NCBI GenBank assembly: GCA_017695025.1
Contig: JADILX010000082.1
Span: 11,112 to 75,111 of the forward strand
DNA: 64,000 nucleotides
Source: Candidatus Cryptobacteroides excrementavium
GTDB taxonomy: Bacteria > Bacteroidota > Bacteroidia > Bacteroidales > UBA932
Direction of reading: 5' to 3'
Shown: piece by piece, positions 35,718 through 44,089 of the stretch
Layout of the letters: each line of letters begins with the position of its first letter
Numbering within the stretch: position 1 is the first letter of the stretch
The notes under the pieces: model-generated
Databases searched by the model: none
Seen by the model: the letters and a program-made list of their open reading frames with translations, nothing else
Told to the model about the DNA's origin: nothing
Program-made: the position numbers and the translations under genes

Positions 35718-37253
35718 ATGCTTACCAACATATTCTGCGCAAGATGCATCGGGATAAAAGCCATACCGGTTACAGTCGAGGTGGACATGACTGCCGGTGT
35801 AGGAATCCATCTGGTCGGGCTGGCAGACACAGCTGTAAAGGAGAGCCTGCTGAGGATAATATCTGCCCTGCAGTCAATGGGATACAGAATCCCGGGCAAA
35901 AAGATAGTCATCAATCTGGCACCGGCCGACATAAAGAAAAAAGGCAGCATATACGACCTCCCGATCGCAATGGGGATAATTGCTGCTTCAGGACAGGAAT
36001 ATCTTCCCGCATCGGGCAGATACCTGATGGCCGGAGAACTCGGGCTTGACGGCTCGGTACGTGACGTGCCGGGGGCCCTGCCGATGGTAGAACTCGCTTC
36101 CGGACTCGGGATGAAAGGATGCATCCTGCCGGAGAACTCCGCACTGGAAACCATCGGATATGGGGATGTTCCTGTCTATGGAGTGCGGAACATCTCCGAT
36201 GTGATACAGATTGTATCCGGAAATGGGGGCACGGACCTGTCTGTAAGCGGACGTAATATACAGGAAAGTGCCGGAAGCACCACCACGGACACGGATTTTG
36301 CGGACATTACAGGCCAGGAAGGGGCCAAACGCGGACTGGAAGTGGCGGCTGCAGGTGGACACAATGTGATAATGATAGGCGCTCCGGGCTCGGGGAAAAG
36401 CACACTTGCCAAAGCGTTGGCCGGGATACTCCCTCCGATGGACACAATGGAAGCCATACAGACAAGCAAGATATATTCAGTGGCCGGGAAAGGCAACCCT
36501 TCGGGAGGGCTGATAACGAAACGGCCTTTCCGCTCTCCCCACTACAGCACATCCCTGCCGGCAATGATAGGAGGAGGGTCGGACTTCATAATGCCCGGGG
36601 AAATATCCCTCGCACACAACGGGGTACTTTTCCTTGATGAATTTCCCGAGGCCTCCAAAAGGGTCATCGAAGCCCTGCGCTGTCCGATGGAAGACAGGAA
36701 AGTGACCATCTCCAGACTCAGGACAAAAATCGAATACCCGGCATCATTCATGTTCGTGGCAGCAGCCAACCCCTGTCCGTGCGGATATTTCGGAGAAGGC
36801 GACAGATGCTCCTGTTCTCCGGCAAGAAGAGCCGCATACATGTCAAAACTTTCCGGCCCGCTGATGGACAGGATGGACATACATCTGTGGCTGCATCCGG
36901 TAGACCCCCATAAACTCATGAAGAAAGAGCCATCTGAGCCGAGCAGCAGGATAGCAGAACGCGTATCGGCTGCGCGGGAGATACAGAAAGCAAGATTTGC
37001 CGGAGAGGGCATTTTCTGTAATGCTGAAATGGACATCCGCCTTACGAAAATCCATTGCAGGCTGTCTCCGGAATGCAGCAATTTTCTCGGGGATATGGCC
37101 GGAAAGATGGGCTTTTCTGCACGTGCTTGCTCGAAAATACTGAAGATAGCACGGAGCATCGCCGACCTCGCAGGAGAAAAGGAAATCGGCATCCCTCATC
37201 TGTCCGAGGCAGCAGGCTTCCGGTTTCTTGATAAAAAAGACGCTGTATTTTAA
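35718..37253 (+). CDS. comM: YifB/ComM family Mg-chelatase-like AAA+ ATPase
   Basis: 511 aa. N-terminal Lon-protease-like domain, Walker A GAPGSGKST, GVLFLDEF Walker B, and a CPCGY zinc motif. Confidence 0.92.
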   Translation: MLTNIFCARCIGIKAIPVTVEVDMTAGVGIHLVGLADTAVKESLLRIISALQSMGYRIPGKKIVINLAPADIKKKGSIYDLPIAMGIIAASGQEYLPASGRYLMAGELGLDGSVRDVPGALPMVELASGLGMKGCILPENSALETIGYGDVPVYGVRNISDVIQIVSGNGGTDLSVSGRNIQESAGSTTTDTDFADITGQEGAKRGLEVAAAGGHNVIMIGAPGSGKSTLAKALAGILPPMDTMEAIQTSKIYSVAGKGNPSGGLITKRPFRSPHYSTSLPAMIGGGSDFIMPGEISLAHNGVLFLDEFPEASKRVIEALRCPMEDRKVTISRLRTKIEYPASFMFVAAANPCPCGYFGEGDRCSCSPARRAAYMSKLSGPLMDRMDIHLWLHPVDPHKLMKKEPSEPSSRIAERVSAAREIQKARFAGEGIFCNAEMDIRLTKIHCRLSPECSNFLGDMAGKMGFSARACSKILKIARSIADLAGEKEIGIPHLSEAAGFRFLDKKDAVF

Positions 37254-37345
37254 AATCTTCCCGGCATGTCCGGCCTGAATAAAGCAGATGTATTTTGTCT
37301 CGCTTTCGTTTCTTTGTTGTATCTTTATGCGCGATATTGACACTT

Positions 37346-37771
37346 ATGATGGAACAGAAAATAACAATAACGGACACCGGAGATCTCCCGAGGGCGGCAG
37401 AAGAGTTTCTGAGCAAGATAGGGAACAACAGGATAATAGCATTCTTTGCACCTATGGGAGCAGGCAAGACCACATTTACCACAGCCATATGTGAAAGACT
37501 TGGAGTGGAGGACGCCGTCTGCTCTCCGACATTCACCATCATCAATGAATACCGCACCCGGACAGGGGAACCGCTATACCATTTCGATTTCTACCGCATC
37601 AACAGGCTGGAAGAAGCCGTGGATCTGGGACTCGACGACTATTTCTACAGCGGGGCACTGTGCATCATAGAATGGCCGGAAAACATAACCGGCCTTCTTC
37701 CTGAAGAAACACTCAAGGTACATATTACTGTCAATCCGGACCTGTCCCGCACTGTAGTCTGGGAAGATTAG
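37346..37771 (+). CDS. tsaE: tRNA threonylcarbamoyladenosine biosynthesis ATPase TsaE
   Basis: MMEQKITI start and APMGAGKTTFT P-loop, with SPTFTIINEY and HFDFYR motifs. The tracked start at 37295 is a less likely extension. Confidence 0.88.
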   Translation: MMEQKITITDTGDLPRAAEEFLSKIGNNRIIAFFAPMGAGKTTFTTAICERLGVEDAVCSPTFTIINEYRTRTGEPLYHFDFYRINRLEEAVDLGLDDYFYSGALCIIEWPENITGLLPEETLKVHITVNPDLSRTVVWED

Positions 37772-37870
37772 CGCACCGGACCACAGGACATACAGAACAG
37801 ACCGGCAGGAATCCCATGGCAGAAGCACAAGATTCCGGCCGTCCAGACACTGGCCCTGCCCGGCCGGAAG

Positions 37871-39082
37871 TCACCAATATGAGACTGATGTAAAGTAACC
37901 GTTGAAATCATATACCTGCATCTCCCTGTCTACGATAAGTGCCGGAGGAGTCCCCTGCACTACAGGATGCAGTGCGACACACAGATGGCCGCCATATGCA
38001 GCAGCGCATGTCTCACCAAGCATGGCATAGTCAAGTTCGGCCTCGCCATAATCAACGGAACTGTACTTGTCCCAGATAATCAGGCGGTAGTCATCTCCCT
38101 TGTATTTCCCCCGGAAGACATAACTTATGTCATCCCCGTCAATATAGTTGCCATACACTGTCGTACTGACTGGCATATTGTAGTCGAGGGCAAAGTTCTT
38201 CCACAATGTCGACATGTCCCCTATGGCTGCCTGACGCTTGATGCCTGTAACATAGAGCACAGAGCCCCCGTCATAGTGTATCCTGCACCCGACAGTTTCG
38301 TCAGCAGAGCCGAGTTCCACAGAAGACGCCTGGTCCCCGATATAGACAATATGCTGCGGCATGCCTTTAAGCCGTGCAGTATAATACAGTATGCCGTCAC
38401 GGAGCAAGATGTCATCAATCTTCTCGACATCGCCATTCGCACCTACCGGGCTCGTGACACCGTCACGGACAAGATAGTACCGTTCCCTGACATCATCTCC
38501 GGAGACAATCTGGTCTACATATGCAAACCACAGTTCCCCGTTGTCGATACCGAGCCTTGTCAGCACATAGCCTGTAGTCTTGACATTGAGAATCATCCCG
38601 TTCCTCCTGAATGTCCATCCGTCGCCATGACGCGGCATGCCGAGAGTATAGACATCATCTCCCACCACCTGCATGCTGCATATCATCTCCCTGTCCGAAT
38701 AGCGGAAAAGTTCCACGCCGTCACATTTGATAACGGTCTCCGTATCGGAAGAGAAATCCGTATAGAGATGGCCGTCATAGCATCTGTGCATATCGGCATC
38801 CGGAGCCACCATATCCTTCGGATCGACAGAAATCTCGACTATACGTTCCCCGTTCTTCATGAGGAAGACAGTACATGCGACATATCCATAGTCCTGGTCG
38901 ACATGCCAGTCATACCCCTCCGGATATTCTACCCCCGTAACATACAGGTCCTTCCTTACCGGGGCAGGCGGCACCTCCCCTCCTGCCCCGCCTCCGGGCG
39001 GCCGCTCCATCTCCATGGTACCGCAAGCAACCGTAAAAACTGCCGTACACAGCACAGCACACAATCTTCTCACCTCCTCCAT
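37871..39082 (-). CDS. Hypothetical lipoprotein with about 8 repeated D/G-x-[LV]-[YW] blade-like units
   Basis: The ATG at 39082 gives MEEVRRLCAVLCTAVFTVAC (signal peptide plus lipobox). The tracked start at 39094 is TTG. A recurring motif (KDLYVTG, GHLYTDF, DDVYTLG, GELWFAY, GILYYTA, SVLYVTG, DDISYVF, GHLCVAL) appears about every 37-59 aa. Confidence 0.65.
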   Translation of the reverse strand: MEEVRRLCAVLCTAVFTVACGTMEMERPPGGGAGGEVPPAPVRKDLYVTGVEYPEGYDWHVDQDYGYVACTVFLMKNGERIVEISVDPKDMVAPDADMHRCYDGHLYTDFSSDTETVIKCDGVELFRYSDREMICSMQVVGDDVYTLGMPRHGDGWTFRRNGMILNVKTTGYVLTRLGIDNGELWFAYVDQIVSGDDVRERYYLVRDGVTSPVGANGDVEKIDDILLRDGILYYTARLKGMPQHIVYIGDQASSVELGSADETVGCRIHYDGGSVLYVTGIKRQAAIGDMSTLWKNFALDYNMPVSTTVYGNYIDGDDISYVFRGKYKGDDYRLIIWDKYSSVDYGEAELDYAMLGETCAAAYGGHLCVALHPVVQGTPPALIVDREMQVYDFNGYFTSVSYW

Positions 39083-39232
39083 ATCCACTGTCAAAAAGCA
39101 ACAATATCCACATCAGGCAATGGCAAAGAACGGGAAAAAAGACAAAGACCCGAAATCTTTCACCCCTGATTCCGGATCTTCGCCACAGATTTCTCTTTTT
39201 ATATGATATTTCTTTTTTTGAACCAGAAAAAA

Positions 39233-40147
39233 TTATCGCGGATACAGGGCAAAAAGTGCCGAGCCGCTGCCAGACATGGACGCATAAACGGCACCTGAAT
39301 CATAAAGAGACCTCTTTATGGCAGCAAGAGCAGGATACTTTGCAAATACTGTCTCTTCAAAATCATTCGTGAGCATGTCTCTCCATGTCTCCACAGGCTG
39401 GCGGAGAATCTCTTTAAGAGGTACGGCCGGGATACGTGGCACAATACCCCTGTATGCATCAGCGGTCGAGACGGAAATACCTTCCGGAACGACAACCTTG
39501 AGTTCATACCTGTCCAGACATGGCACAGGGAAATCCGACAGCACATCGCCCCGCCCCTCCCCGAACATCGGCCGGCAATGCATGAAAAATGCGCAGTCGC
39601 TGCCAAGCCGGGATGCATACCCTGACATGGCGGCATCGTCCAGACCTATGGAAAAAAGCCTGTCGAACTCCTTTATCGCAAATGCTGCATCCGCCGAGCC
39701 TCCTCCGAGTCCCGCACCGACAGGAGACAGCTTCTCAAGAAAAATCTTGGCTGGAGGCAGAGAGAAGTCCCTGTCAAGAAGAAAATACGCCTTTGCACAG
39801 AGATCTTCCAGCGGATTCCAGCCGACCCCCTCTTTACGTGCTATAGTCACCATCAGTTTCCCGTCATCAGAGACGGCCTGCACTATCTGCCCGGAAGACG
39901 TCCCACCTGGAGCCTGGCCGGATAGCAGAGGACCTTCCCCGCTGCCAGGGGATGACGGCTCATGTCCGGCATATCTGGAGAACAGCGATGCCGATGTCCG
40001 GCTCCAGTCGTCCCCGGCAATGATTTCAAGGACATCATGATACTCACCGCTCGGCACGAACAGGGTCTCGAGATCATGATAGCCGTCAGGTCGCTTTCTC
40101 AGGACATTGAGCCCGAGATTTACTTTTATGCATGGATATACTGTCAT
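39233..40147 (-). CDS. ispE: 4-(cytidine 5'-diphospho)-2-C-methyl-D-erythritol kinase
   Basis: IKVNLGLNVLRKRPDGYHDLETLF start and GHMP motif PVGAGLGGGSADAA. Contains a ~50-aa low-complexity insertion. Confidence 0.9.
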   Translation of the reverse strand: MTVYPCIKVNLGLNVLRKRPDGYHDLETLFVPSGEYHDVLEIIAGDDWSRTSASLFSRYAGHEPSSPGSGEGPLLSGQAPGGTSSGQIVQAVSDDGKLMVTIARKEGVGWNPLEDLCAKAYFLLDRDFSLPPAKIFLEKLSPVGAGLGGGSADAAFAIKEFDRLFSIGLDDAAMSGYASRLGSDCAFFMHCRPMFGEGRGDVLSDFPVPCLDRYELKVVVPEGISVSTADAYRGIVPRIPAVPLKEILRQPVETWRDMLTNDFEETVFAKYPALAAIKRSLYDSGAVYASMSGSGSALFALYPR

Positions 40148-40186
40148 AGCGTATGAAAATCGCAGAGATTTTTCCTGCCTGAAAAA

Positions 40187-40855
40187 TCACATGCTCCTTA
40201 CAGCCCTTTCTACCTCACTCTCAAGTTCCTCCCTGACGGCAGACTCAGGGATATGGGAGAAGACCGGTGAGACAAAGGATATCATCTGCAGCACCCGGGC
40301 CTCATGCAATGTTATCCCGCGAGACCGCATATAGAACTGCTCCTCCTCATTCAGCCTGCCTATAGTTGCCCCGTGAGAACATTTTACATCATCGGCATAT
40401 ATCTCCAGTTGAGGTCTGCTATTGACTCTGGCATCGTCTGACAGCAGAAGATTGTGGTTTTCCTGATATGCCTCTGTCTTCTGCGCATCTTTGCTCACAA
40501 TAATCTTCCCGTAGAAATCAACTTTTGAAGAGCCTCCGGCTATCCCCTTGAACAACTGGCGGGAAGAGCAGAGCGGCACCCGATGGTTCATGTCTACGGC
40601 TATCCTTACTTTTTCCGCACCGGGACACAGATATATGCCCTGTATCGAACACCCGGCATTCACCCCCTCCATATCCACCGTCAGACGGACATCGCAACTT
40701 ACCCCCGGCATTACCACTATAGTAATATCCGCCCTGGAGCCAGCCCCCAAGACAAGATGCTCCACAGGCAACGACGTCACAGAAGCCTCGCGAAGCATAA
40801 ACACCCTCTGCAGACTGTCTCCAGAAGACAATGTTATGACTCTTTTCCCTTCCAT
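40187..40855 (-). CDS. sufD: Fe-S cluster assembly protein SufD, short 222-aa form
   Basis: Has the C-terminal SufBD core (QLFKGIAGGSSKVDFYGKIIV, QLEIYADDVKCSHGATIG, EEQFYMRSRGI). Only 10 bp separate it from the sufC stop, so no N-terminal domain is encoded. Confidence 0.85.
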   Translation of the reverse strand: MEGKRVITLSSGDSLQRVFMLREASVTSLPVEHLVLGAGSRADITIVVMPGVSCDVRLTVDMEGVNAGCSIQGIYLCPGAEKVRIAVDMNHRVPLCSSRQLFKGIAGGSSKVDFYGKIIVSKDAQKTEAYQENHNLLLSDDARVNSRPQLEIYADDVKCSHGATIGRLNEEEQFYMRSRGITLHEARVLQMISFVSPVFSHIPESAVREELESEVERAVRSM

Positions 40856-40865
40856 AATAGCGCCG

Positions 40866-41657
40866 TCAGATTATGGAATCATATCCTTTCTCCTCGATCT
40901 CGGCCACGAGTTCCTTCCCGGCCGAGCGGACAATACGGCCATCTTTGAGCACATGCACAAAATCAGGCACAATATAGTCCAGCAGTCTCTGATAGTGGGT
41001 AATCACTATAACTGACTTGTCCGGTGTCCGGAGGGAGTTGACTCCGTTTGCGACTATCCTGAGCGCATCCACATCAAGCCCGCTGTCTGTCTCGTCAAGA
41101 ATGGACAGGGACGGGTCGAGCATGGCCATCTGGAAAATCTCATTGCGTTTCTTCTCTCCTCCGGAAAATCCCACATTGACTTCCCTCTTGGAGAACTCCG
41201 GCTTCATCTGGACAAATTCCATCTTTTCCCTCATCATCTTCAGGAATTCACCGGCTTTAAGCGGCTCAAGGCCTCTGGCATGACGATGGGCATTCACGGC
41301 AGTCTTCATAAAACTGGTGATGGATACACCCGGGATTTCAACAGGATACTGGAATGACAGGAAAATCCCCGCCCATGACCGCTCCTCCGGGGACATTCCG
41401 AGGAGATCCCGGCCCATAAATGTCACTGAGCCTCCTGTAACAGTAAAATTCTCCCTGCCGGCAAGCACGGCAGACAAAGTACTCTTGCCTGCACCATTCG
41501 GGCCCATAATAGCATGTACTTCCCCCTTCCGGATAACAAGATCGACCCCTTTGAGAATCTCCTTGTCCTCTACGGAAGCCTTCAGGCCCTTTATTTCCAA
41601 TAATATATCGTCCATAACCTTCATTTGGAGTCCCTTTCGCAGCGGCTTCAGGGACAT
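40866..41657 (-). CDS. sufC: Fe-S cluster assembly ATPase SufC
   Basis: GPNGAGKSTL, FSGGEKKRNEI and ILDETDSGLD. The real start may be the ATG at 41624 or 41615 (MKVMDDILLEIKGL). Confidence 0.93.
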   Translation of the reverse strand: MSLKPLRKGLQMKVMDDILLEIKGLKASVEDKEILKGVDLVIRKGEVHAIMGPNGAGKSTLSAVLAGRENFTVTGGSVTFMGRDLLGMSPEERSWAGIFLSFQYPVEIPGVSITSFMKTAVNAHRHARGLEPLKAGEFLKMMREKMEFVQMKPEFSKREVNVGFSGGEKKRNEIFQMAMLDPSLSILDETDSGLDVDALRIVANGVNSLRTPDKSVIVITHYQRLLDYIVPDFVHVLKDGRIVRSAGKELVAEIEEKGYDSII

Positions 41658-41675
41658 ATGATTGTATTACTATGT

Positions 41676-41683
41676 CAAAAATA
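41676..41683 (-). promoter_or_regulatory. -7 promoter box TATTTTTG upstream of sufC
   Basis: Exact TAnnTTTG match on the minus strand, in the 96-bp gap between the pnuC stop and sufC. Confidence 0.4.
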
Positions 41684-41753
41684 TCCTTGCAATAACTTCC
41701 TTTTCAATCTTCCGGCATGCAGGCCGGCATCTTCTGAATATTGAGCGGCCCCA

Positions 41754-42413
41754 TCAGGCCTTTTCCTGATACAGCCTGTACCAGTTCCAGAGTGATGCCA
41801 CCCCGTTGATAAGATACAGGCCCGAAACAATCGGCATGAACACATGTCCGACCGAGACATGAAGGGCTATCTGAGCCACATTCACAAAAAGCCAGGCCAC
41901 CCAGCAGTCCCATTTCTTAAGGGCCGACAGGAACTGGGCCACGAGTATCAGCACCGTCACACAGGCATCGAGATACGGTATGGGGTCAGCCGGGAAAAGT
42001 CCCGGACACCATCTGCTTCCCAACTGGCTGATGAGCCAGCCCCAAAACCACGCAATAGCCAGCACCGACACCACGGTGGCCACTCTCTGGAGCCAAGTCA
42101 GCATTGTGACTTTCAATGCATGACTGTCACCGGAACTTTCTTCGTCCTTTTTCGGATGTGTCCATCTGTAATGCCCCAATATGTTTATCCCGAGCGAGAC
42201 AGGCTGCAGGAGAAGGCTTGCATACAGGCTCTTGTTCCAGAACATGAAAAACAAGGCGGCAGTATAGAGATACCCGACCCAGAAATTGTATTTGCTGTTG
42301 CGCCCGGCAAGGAACACACAGATAAGGCCAAGGACCGAAGTTATAAGGTCTATGAGCAGCACCGGAGTGTCACTGCCGATTGTAAACAGGGTAAAATTCA
42401 GGAATTCCTTCAT
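41754..42413 (-). CDS. pnuC: PnuC family (nicotinamide riboside / vitamin) transporter
   Basis: 219 aa, 7 TM. PnuC-type blocks are ICVFLAGRNSKYNFWVGYLYTAALFFMFW and AQFLSALKKWDCWVAWLFVNV, with a trailing WNWY. Confidence 0.8.
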   Translation of the reverse strand: MKEFLNFTLFTIGSDTPVLLIDLITSVLGLICVFLAGRNSKYNFWVGYLYTAALFFMFWNKSLYASLLLQPVSLGINILGHYRWTHPKKDEESSGDSHALKVTMLTWLQRVATVVSVLAIAWFWGWLISQLGSRWCPGLFPADPIPYLDACVTVLILVAQFLSALKKWDCWVAWLFVNVAQIALHVSVGHVFMPIVSGLYLINGVASLWNWYRLYQEKA

Positions 42414-42445
42414 ACCGTATCCTCTCTACTGCCATCATACAGCCG

Positions 42446-43891
42446 TCATCCTACTGAGCCTTCCAATGACACCTGCAACAGTTTCTGGGCCTCTACTGCA
42501 AACTCCATCGGCAACTTTGAAAGCACTTCGCGTGCATATCCGTTCACTATCAGGCCAACGGCCTCTTCCGGGCCTATCCCCCTCTGGTTGCAATAAAAAA
42601 GCTGGTCTTCACTTATCTTCGAGGTAGTGGCCTCATGTTCGACCACAGCCGTCCTGCTGGCATTCTGTATGTCCGGGAATGTATGCGCCCCGCATCTGTC
42701 TCCTATCAGCAGACTGTCACACTGCGAATAGTTCCGGGCATTGTCCGCTCCGGGCAGCATTTTCACAAGCCCCCTGTAACTGTTCTGGCTGCGTCCGGCA
42801 GAAATCCCCTTGCTGATGATACGGCTTCGGGTATTCTTTCCGATATGTATCATCTTAGTGCCCGTATCCGCCTGCTGCATATTGTTGGTCACGGCAACTG
42901 AATAGAACTCGGAAGACGAGTTGTCGCCCTTCAGTATTGTACTCGGGTATTTCCACGTGATGGCAGAACCTGTCTCCACCTGAGTCCATGAAAGGTGGCT
43001 CCCTTCCCCCTTGCATATTCCCCTCTTGGTGACAAAGTTAAAGATTCCGCCACGTCCCTGCGCATCTCCCGGATACCAGTTCTGCACCGTAGAGTATTTG
43101 ACCTCGGCATCCTTTTCCACGACAATCTCCACCACTGCAGCATGTAACTGGTTCTCATCGCGCATAGGCGCAGTACAGCCCTCCATATAACTTACATATG
43201 AGCCTTCATCGGCCACTATCAATGTCCTCTCAAACTGACCTGTGCCTTTGGCGTTGATACGGAAATAACTTGAAAGTTCCATCGGACACCGGACGCCTTT
43301 CGGGATATAGCAGAAAGACCCGTCACTGAAAACTGCCGAATTCAGCGCAGCATAGAAATTATCCCCGACGGGGACAACAGAGGCAAGATATTTTCTCACA
43401 AGGTCAGGATGTTCCCTGACAGCCTCTGAAAAGGAGCAGAAGATGATACCCTTGTCTGCAAGAGCCTTTCTGAATGTCGTCGTCACGGACACGGAATCGA
43501 ACACAGCATCTACTGCCACCCCCGCAAGCGCAGCCCGCTCGTTAAGCGGAATGCCCAGTTTGTCAAATGTCTTTTCAAGTTCCGGGTCGATTTCTTTCGG
43601 CCTGTCGCTGTCCTTTTTCGGGGCCGCATAATATATTATATCCTGAAAATCTATCTCAGGTATCTGAAGATGCGCCCATGCCGGCATCTTCATCTTCTGC
43701 CAACGTCTGAAGGCATCAAGCCTGAAATCCAGAAGCCATTGAGGCTCATGCTTCTTGGAGGATATCAGCCTGATTATGTCTTCATTGAGCCCCTTGGGAA
43801 TGAACTCCTGCTCCACATCCGTAACGAAGCCGTGCTCATACTCCTGGGAGGCAATATCCTGCAATATGTCTTTCTCTGTCTTCTCGTCCAT
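42446..43891 (-). CDS. sufB: Fe-S cluster assembly scaffold SufB
   Basis: The ATG at 43891 gives [22 protein letters not shown], a typical SufB N-terminus of 481 aa. A promoter box at 43968-43975 lies inside the longer tracked ORF, which argues against the start at 44026. Confidence 0.93.
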   Translation of the reverse strand: MDEKTEKDILQDIASQEYEHGFVTDVEQEFIPKGLNEDIIRLISSKKHEPQWLLDFRLDAFRRWQKMKMPAWAHLQIPEIDFQDIIYYAAPKKDSDRPKEIDPELEKTFDKLGIPLNERAALAGVAVDAVFDSVSVTTTFRKALADKGIIFCSFSEAVREHPDLVRKYLASVVPVGDNFYAALNSAVFSDGSFCYIPKGVRCPMELSSYFRINAKGTGQFERTLIVADEGSYVSYMEGCTAPMRDENQLHAAVVEIVVEKDAEVKYSTVQNWYPGDAQGRGGIFNFVTKRGICKGEGSHLSWTQVETGSAITWKYPSTILKGDNSSSEFYSVAVTNNMQQADTGTKMIHIGKNTRSRIISKGISAGRSQNSYRGLVKMLPGADNARNYSQCDSLLIGDRCGAHTFPDIQNASRTAVVEHEATTSKISEDQLFYCNQRGIGPEEAVGLIVNGYAREVLSKLPMEFAVEAQKLLQVSLEGSVG

Positions 43892-43967
43892 ATCTCCTGG
43901 CTTTTGTCCGGCGGAGGCAGTCCTTCCCCCAATCTCCCTGATCTGCTGCTTTTTCCACCGGAATTTG

Positions 43968-43975
43968 CAAATATA
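43968..43975 (-). promoter_or_regulatory. -7 promoter box TATATTTG for sufB
   Basis: Exact TAnnTTTG match on the minus strand, 77 nt upstream of the ATG at 43891. Confidence 0.45.
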
Positions 43976-44089
43976 GCAATATATTTCCATAATACGACCC
44001 TGCCGCCTCAGGATTGGAATATCCATGAGACGGCAGTAAGGTCATGCTGAATCCCGGCCAGCCAGGCAATGGAGCCGGAGGTCATGATG

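Noticed and set aside
37967-39169. 400-codon ORF on the + strand, almost exactly antisense to the 37871..39082 lipoprotein gene.
   Set aside because: Its translation is rich in His/Arg/Cys/Ile and has no signal, motif or repeat logic. The minus-strand product has a lipoprotein signal and a regular repeat pattern. It is most likely a shadow ORF produced by the codon bias of the real gene. I saw no promoter box in front of it.
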